From NCBI GenBank assembly GCA_043803685.1, contig JAZDJU010000128.1:1-40688 (forward strand): DNA of 40,688 nucleotides, given 5' to 3'. The position numbers and the translations under genes were made by a program. Under the pieces are notes generated by a model. That model searched no databases. It saw only the letters and a list, made by a program, of their open reading frames with translations, and had not been told where the DNA came from. Shown piece after piece: positions 36,201 to 40,688 of the stretch. The stretch comes from Candidatus Omnitrophota bacterium. GTDB lineage: Bacteria; Omnitrophota; Omnitrophia; Omnitrophales; Aquincolibacteriaceae. How positions within the stretch are numbered: the stretch's first letter is position 1; every line of letters begins with the position of its first letter.

Positions 36201-37156
36201 AAAAAACCCTGGCTCTCTTACCGCTGATTTTCGCGATCTTCTGCGGGACTTGCCTTGCAGCTGCCACCGCCGAGGATATCCGGGTCATGGCCGAGGTCGA
36301 CAAGGCGTTCCTGACGATCGGAGACCCCGTCACTTACACCGTCACGGTCGAGCACGCGCCGGACATCCGGGTCCTTTCCAGTATCCCGGCGCCTACTTCG
36401 GATTTCCTCGAGATCAAAAAGGTCGAAGACATCAATAGAAAGGAAAAGAAGAGCATTCTCACCGGTCGCAAGTTCGTTCTCACGTCCTACCGACTCGGCG
36501 AGTTCATCCTTGATCCCGTCTCGATCCAATACCGGAAAGACGGGCAACCTGTGAAAAGCATCCTGACCAACAAGCTTTATCTGACGGTCAAAAGTGTTGC
36601 GGGAGGGGAGACTCAGGAGGACATTCGTGACGTCAAATCAATTGTCCCGTACAAGTTCCGCTTCGGAAAATTCATTTGGGCCGTCCTGGTCTTGATACTC
36701 CTTGGGGCTGGTTATTTCCTGTTTCAAATGTTTCTTAAGAAAAAGAACGTCTTTCAGCCTGAGCCTGTGCCCCTGAGTGCTGAGGAAGAAGCCTTATTGC
36801 ACCTCCGTGAACTTTTTGAATCTGATCTTCTCAAGCAGGGCCTCATTAAGATCTACTACTTGCGCCTTTCCGAGGTCCTGAGGACCTATTTCGAGAAACG
36901 CTACAAGATCCTCGCCGTGGAATCAACGACCCTTGAGATCTTGCGCGCTCTCCGGCCCGAGCACTTGCAAAGCGATCTTTATCAAAAGATCCAATATGTG
37001 CTGGAATCGTCGGATCTTGCAAAATTCGCTAAATGGATCCCGACAGCCACCGAGACCTTCCAGATCAACAAGAAGGCCGAAGAGGTCGTCCAAGAGTCGG
37101 CTCCGGCGCCAGCACCGGTGGAACAGGCTTCCGCGGAGGCGTCCCATGGTGTTTAG
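36197..37156 (+). CDS. BatD-like hypothetical membrane protein of the Bat cluster
   Basis: Signal peptide MKKTLALL..CLAA, VDK..LTIGD.V.YTV, DIRDVK, TM helix, YYLRLSEVLRTY.E.RY...ESTT.E, DLAKFAK. Confidence 0.82.
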   Translation: MKKTLALLPLIFAIFCGTCLAAATAEDIRVMAEVDKAFLTIGDPVTYTVTVEHAPDIRVLSSIPAPTSDFLEIKKVEDINRKEKKSILTGRKFVLTSYRLGEFILDPVSIQYRKDGQPVKSILTNKLYLTVKSVAGGETQEDIRDVKSIVPYKFRFGKFIWAVLVLILLGAGYFLFQMFLKKKNVFQPEPVPLSAEEEALLHLRELFESDLLKQGLIKIYYLRLSEVLRTYFEKRYKILAVESTTLEILRALRPEHLQSDLYQKIQYVLESSDLAKFAKWIPTATETFQINKKAEEVVQESAPAPAPVEQASAEASHGV

Positions 37157-38126
37157 GGATCCGGCATTCTTCCTACTTTTACTCCTTCTGCCACTGATCT
37201 TTTTTGGGGCTAAACGGCGGGAAAAACTGAAGTTCGCGTTCTCGTCCCTTGATCTTTTAAAAGGGCGTCCCGTGACACCCCGGATGGTGCTCTTCGAGCT
37301 CCTGCCGATCTTGCGTGCGATCGTTTTTCTTCTTTTGATCACAGCTCTGGCCCGTCCTTCCAGCGTTTCCAGCGACAAGGAATATCAGACCCTCGGCGTG
37401 GACATCATGATCGCTCTCGACATATCGGGTTCCATGCTCGCCGAAGATTTCCAGCCCGAGAACCGTGTTTATGTCGCAAAACAGGAAGCCATCCGGTTCA
37501 TCAAAGGTCGCGAGAATGATCGTATCGGACTCGTGGTCTTTTCCAAAAAAGCGTTCACCCAATGTCCGCTCACTCTGGACTACAGGATCCTCACCGAATT
37601 ACTCTCGGAGATCCGGGTGGGAATGATCGCCGACGGAACAGCGATCGGCATGGGGATCGCGACCGCCGTGAACCGTCTCCGCGACTCGAACGCCAAAAGC
37701 AAGATCATCATCCTGATCACGGACGGCGAGAATAACGCCGGCAACATTGACCCCATCACCGCCGCCGAACTCGCCAAAAGCTTTGGGATCAAGATCTATA
37801 CGATCGGGGTCGGACGCGGCGGCATGGTGCCGTTCCCGGTCGACGACCCGCTATTCGGCAAGCGCTACGTCCAGGCCAATGTCGAGATCGACGAAACGAC
37901 CCTGAAACGAATAGCTGACATCACGGGCGGCCTGTTCTTCCGGGCCCGTGACCCCGAATCGCTTTCCGAGATCTATGAAAGGATCAATAAACTCGAAAAG
38001 AGCGAAGTGAAGGTGAAGGAATACCGGAGCTATAACGAGCTCTTCGCGCTATTTTTATTCCCGGCGCTTTTCTTGCTCTTGCTCGACATCCTTTTGCGCC
38101 GAACCCTTCTTTTGAAAGTGCCCTGA
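37146..38126 (+). CDS. BatA-like VWA domain membrane protein
   Basis: N-terminal F..P.F.LLL, ALARP, MIDAS DISGSM, DRIGLVVF, GTAIG, LITDGENN, C-terminal TM helix. ATG at 37146. Confidence 0.92.
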   Translation: MVFRDPAFFLLLLLLPLIFFGAKRREKLKFAFSSLDLLKGRPVTPRMVLFELLPILRAIVFLLLITALARPSSVSSDKEYQTLGVDIMIALDISGSMLAEDFQPENRVYVAKQEAIRFIKGRENDRIGLVVFSKKAFTQCPLTLDYRILTELLSEIRVGMIADGTAIGMGIATAVNRLRDSNAKSKIIILITDGENNAGNIDPITAAELAKSFGIKIYTIGVGRGGMVPFPVDDPLFGKRYVQANVEIDETTLKRIADITGGLFFRARDPESLSEIYERINKLEKSEVKVKEYRSYNELFALFLFPALFLLLLDILLRRTLLLKVP

Positions 38127-38166
38127 TGAACCTCCTTATTTTTTTAATGGAAAGCAGAGTGCCTTG

Positions 38167-40233
38167 ATGCAATTCTTCAAGCCCGAATACTTCATTTTTT
38201 TGTGGCTCGTTCCGGGAGTCTGGGTCCTCTACGTCTTTTCAAAAAAGCTCACGGAGAATAGGCTTCGGCGTTTGGTCCAAAGCGATGCGCTTCGGTCGAA
38301 GATGATCGAGGGGTACCGGAAAAGTGAATGGCTCGTGCACGCGGTCCTTATGACGCTAGTGGTGCTGTGCTTCGTACTCGCGCTCGCGCGTCCGCAATGG
38401 GGCGATGAAAAACGGACCGCTCAGCGCAAGGGCGTGGACCTCATTTTCATGGTCGACACATCGCTTAGCATGCTCGCCGAGGATATTAAACCCAATCGTC
38501 TCGGAAAAGCCAAGTTCGAGATCGAAACATTCATCCGGAACCTTCGCGGCGACCGTATCGGTATGGTGACTTTCGCGGGTTCCGGATTCCTCCAAACGCC
38601 GCTTACGCTTGACCACGCCGCGTTCCTTTTGTTCCTGGACGCCGTCCAAGTGGGATTTCTTCCGGACCCTGGCACTTCGCTCATCCAGGCCGTCCATCTT
38701 GCTCTCCGGGCCTTCCCGCAAAAAGAACTCAAATACAAGGCATTGATCCTTTTTACAGACGGAGAAGATCACGAGGGGGGGATCGAAAGGGTCATTGAGG
38801 AAGCCAAACAGGCCAATGTCAGGATCTATTGCATCGGCCTTGGGACTGCGGAAGGGGAGCCCATCCCCCTCAAGAACGAGAGAGGAGAGCGCTCAGGGTT
38901 CAAGAAGGACCGCCAAGGGCAGATAGTGCTTACCAAACTAAACCAACCGCTTCTCGAACGGATCGCCAAAGAAACAGGCGGTATCTACCTTCCGGCAACA
39001 CCCGGAGAAAAAGAAGTCGATGTCATTTTGAAACACCTCCGGGGCTGGGGCGAACAGCAGTTCGCTGAAAAAACGGTCGTGGAGCGCGAAGATCAATTCC
39101 AGATCTTTCTGATTTTGGCGCTCATCCTGCTGGCCGCCGAGATGCTGGTCCGTCGCAAGAGCCGCAAAAGCTCATCTCTGATGGCTTGCCTGGCCGTCTT
39201 TTTCCTTTTTACGGGATTTCTGGAAACCTCGCAAGACACGATCAGAAAAGGTAATGAGCATTTCGAGAACAAGCGCTATCAATCGGCGCTAGAGGCCTAC
39301 CGCAAGGTCCAGGTGAAGAATCCCGACGCTCCTGAAGTCCTCTACGACCTCGGAACGGCCCTTTACAAGGTGGATTCTTTCCAGGAATCAGCCAAGAACC
39401 TTGAGACGGCTGTTCAAAAGACGAAAGACCCCCAGTTGAAGGCTCGGGCTCTTTACAATAAAGGAAATGTCCAGTACCGGCTTGGAATTTTTGAAGGGGC
39501 CGTCGATGCTTATAAAAAAGCGCTCGAGCTGGATCCAACGGACAAGGACGCCAAGTACAATCTGGAATTCCTGCAAAAGAAGAAGGGCCAGATGGATAAA
39601 AAAGACCAGGAGAAGAAAAAGGACAACCCCGAGAAAAATGACCAACAGCAGCAAGACCCACAAAAGAACCAGCAGAACAATCAACAACAAGACCAGCAGC
39701 AAAACCAGGGGCAAGGCCAACAGGATCAAAAAAACCAAGGTCAGCAGGGACAGGACAAACAGGACCAGGATCAGAAAAATCAAGATCAGAAAGAACCGCA
39801 AAACCAGCAACAACCGAATCCCCAGGATCAACAGCAACAGCAGGGCCAAGACTCAAAAGACCAGCAGGGGCAACAAGATCAACAACAGAAAGAGCAAGAA
39901 CAACGGCAGAAAGAACAGGAACAACAGCAACAAAAGGAGCGGGAAGCGCAGCAGCAAAAGGAAGCTCAAGAAAAAAAGCAGCAGGAGCAACAGCAATCTC
40001 AGTCAGAGCAAAACGAGCAGCAGAAGGAGCCAGAAAAGCAGGATTCTCAGGAGCAGCAACAAAAGGCCCCGACAGAAGGTCAGGGACAGCAAAAGCGTCC
40101 TCTGCAGGGTCAAATGAGCATGGATAACGCACTGAACCTGCTGGATGCGTTGAAAGAATCCGAAAAAGAGCTTCAGGACCTTCGCCGTCCTCCGGTCAAT
40201 AAGAACCCTCCGGTGGTGGACAAGGATTGGTAA
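38167..40233 (+). CDS. BatB-BatC fusion: VWA domain, TM helices, TPR repeats, Gln-rich linker, C-terminal KDW
   Basis: ALARPQWG, MIDAS DTSLSM, FTDGEDHEG; TPR motifs GNEHF..RYQSA..Y, YDLGTALYK, YNKGNVQY, DAKYNLE; Q-rich tract; ends VDKDW. Confidence 0.9.
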   Translation: MQFFKPEYFIFLWLVPGVWVLYVFSKKLTENRLRRLVQSDALRSKMIEGYRKSEWLVHAVLMTLVVLCFVLALARPQWGDEKRTAQRKGVDLIFMVDTSLSMLAEDIKPNRLGKAKFEIETFIRNLRGDRIGMVTFAGSGFLQTPLTLDHAAFLLFLDAVQVGFLPDPGTSLIQAVHLALRAFPQKELKYKALILFTDGEDHEGGIERVIEEAKQANVRIYCIGLGTAEGEPIPLKNERGERSGFKKDRQGQIVLTKLNQPLLERIAKETGGIYLPATPGEKEVDVILKHLRGWGEQQFAEKTVVEREDQFQIFLILALILLAAEMLVRRKSRKSSSLMACLAVFFLFTGFLETSQDTIRKGNEHFENKRYQSALEAYRKVQVKNPDAPEVLYDLGTALYKVDSFQESAKNLETAVQKTKDPQLKARALYNKGNVQYRLGIFEGAVDAYKKALELDPTDKDAKYNLEFLQKKKGQMDKKDQEKKKDNPEKNDQQQQDPQKNQQNNQQQDQQQNQGQGQQDQKNQGQQGQDKQDQDQKNQDQKEPQNQQQPNPQDQQQQQGQDSKDQQGQQDQQQKEQEQRQKEQEQQQQKEREAQQQKEAQEKKQQEQQQSQSEQNEQQKEPEKQDSQEQQQKAPTEGQGQQKRPLQGQMSMDNALNLLDALKESEKELQDLRRPPVNKNPPVVDKDW
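39631..40095 (+). repeat. Gln/Asp/Lys/Glu-rich low-complexity coding tract
   Basis: CAA/CAG-dominated, very T-poor + strand encoding QQQDPQKNQQNNQQQDQQQ... Confidence 0.85.
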
Positions 40234-40310
40234 GCAACCAGGTAGAATAGTTGAGACTTAGTTGTCTTTATATAATGTAAAGATTGTTGGGTCACCGAAA
40301 AGGAGAAAAT

Positions 40311-40688
40311 ATGAGTCTCGCTGAGCAGATCGAAAAAGACGTCATCGCGGCCATGAAGGCTAAAGATGTTTTGAAGGTGTCGACATTAAGAATGCTGAAA
40401 AGCGCTCTTGGGAACTATTTGATCCAGAATAAAAAGGACAAGGCTGAGGATGCCGAGACCCTCGGGATCGTCACAAAGCAAGCCAAACAGCGCCGGGAAA
40501 GTCTCGAAAGTTTCGAAAAAGCAGGCCGCCAGGACCTGGCTGATAAAGAAAAGGCCGAACTCGCGATCCTTGAGGCTTATTTGCCCAAGCAGATGGGCGA
40601 CGACGAGCTTAGGGCGGCGATACAGAATGCCATCGCTCAGTCGGGCGCCACGGGCCCTGCAGATATGGGGAAACTTATGAAGGTGCTG
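40311..40688 (+). CDS. yqeY: GatB/YqeY domain protein (truncated at the window end)
   Basis: Not in the ORF track because there is no stop in the window. MSLAEQIEKDVIAAMKAKD...LRMLKSA...KQRRESLESFEKAGRQDLADKEKAELAILEAYLPKQM...DMGKLM; AAGGAG Shine-Dalgarno, TATAAT at 40271-40276. Confidence 0.93.
   Translation, partial: MSLAEQIEKDVIAAMKAKDVLKVSTLRMLKSALGNYLIQNKKDKAEDAETLGIVTKQAKQRRESLESFEKAGRQDLADKEKAELAILEAYLPKQMGDDELRAAIQNAIAQSGATGPADMGKLMKVL

Noticed and set aside
39242..40132. Hydrophobic/Leu-rich minus-strand ORFs (296 and 153 aa)
   Set aside because: Reverse complement of the CAA/CAG Gln-rich tract; artefact.

Overview
Bacterial core-genome window of moderate GC with essentially every real gene on the + strand. 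The DnaK carries the diderm-type N-terminal insert; the gene set and order suggest a PVC/Omnitrophota-like lineage, but that is inference only. Gene order: rsmD 3' end (with an in-frame stop), coaD, DUF177, rpmF, plsX, fabH, fabD, fabG, acpP, fabF, smc, pgsA, plsY, recA, recX, alaS, hisD, hisB, hisH, hisA, a membrane protein, hisF (frameshifted), an M15 D,D-carboxypeptidase lipoprotein, hisI, trpE, trpG, trpD, trpC, trpF, a cytoplasmic PAS histidine kinase, a sigma-54 enhancer-binding response regulator, an L7/L12-CTD-like protein with four 81-aa coiled-coil repeats, an orphan dnaK, a Bat/MoxR-VWA cluster (BatD-like, moxR, DUF58, BatD-like, batA, batB-batC fusion), and yqeY (truncated by the window edge). 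The most notable signal lies upstream of dnaK: an NtrC-like enhancer palindrome, an exact IHF consensus and a -24/-12 sigma-54-like element in textbook order and spacing, about 2 kb downstream of a sigma-54 activator gene. This suggests a sigma-54/two-component-controlled DnaK plus MoxR/Bat chaperone module. Also seen: a diverged SMC hinge lacking most of the conserved glycines, several REP-like palindromic elements (one apparently nested), and three single-base lesions that may be assembly errors. No rRNA, tRNA, CRISPR array or transposase was recognised.
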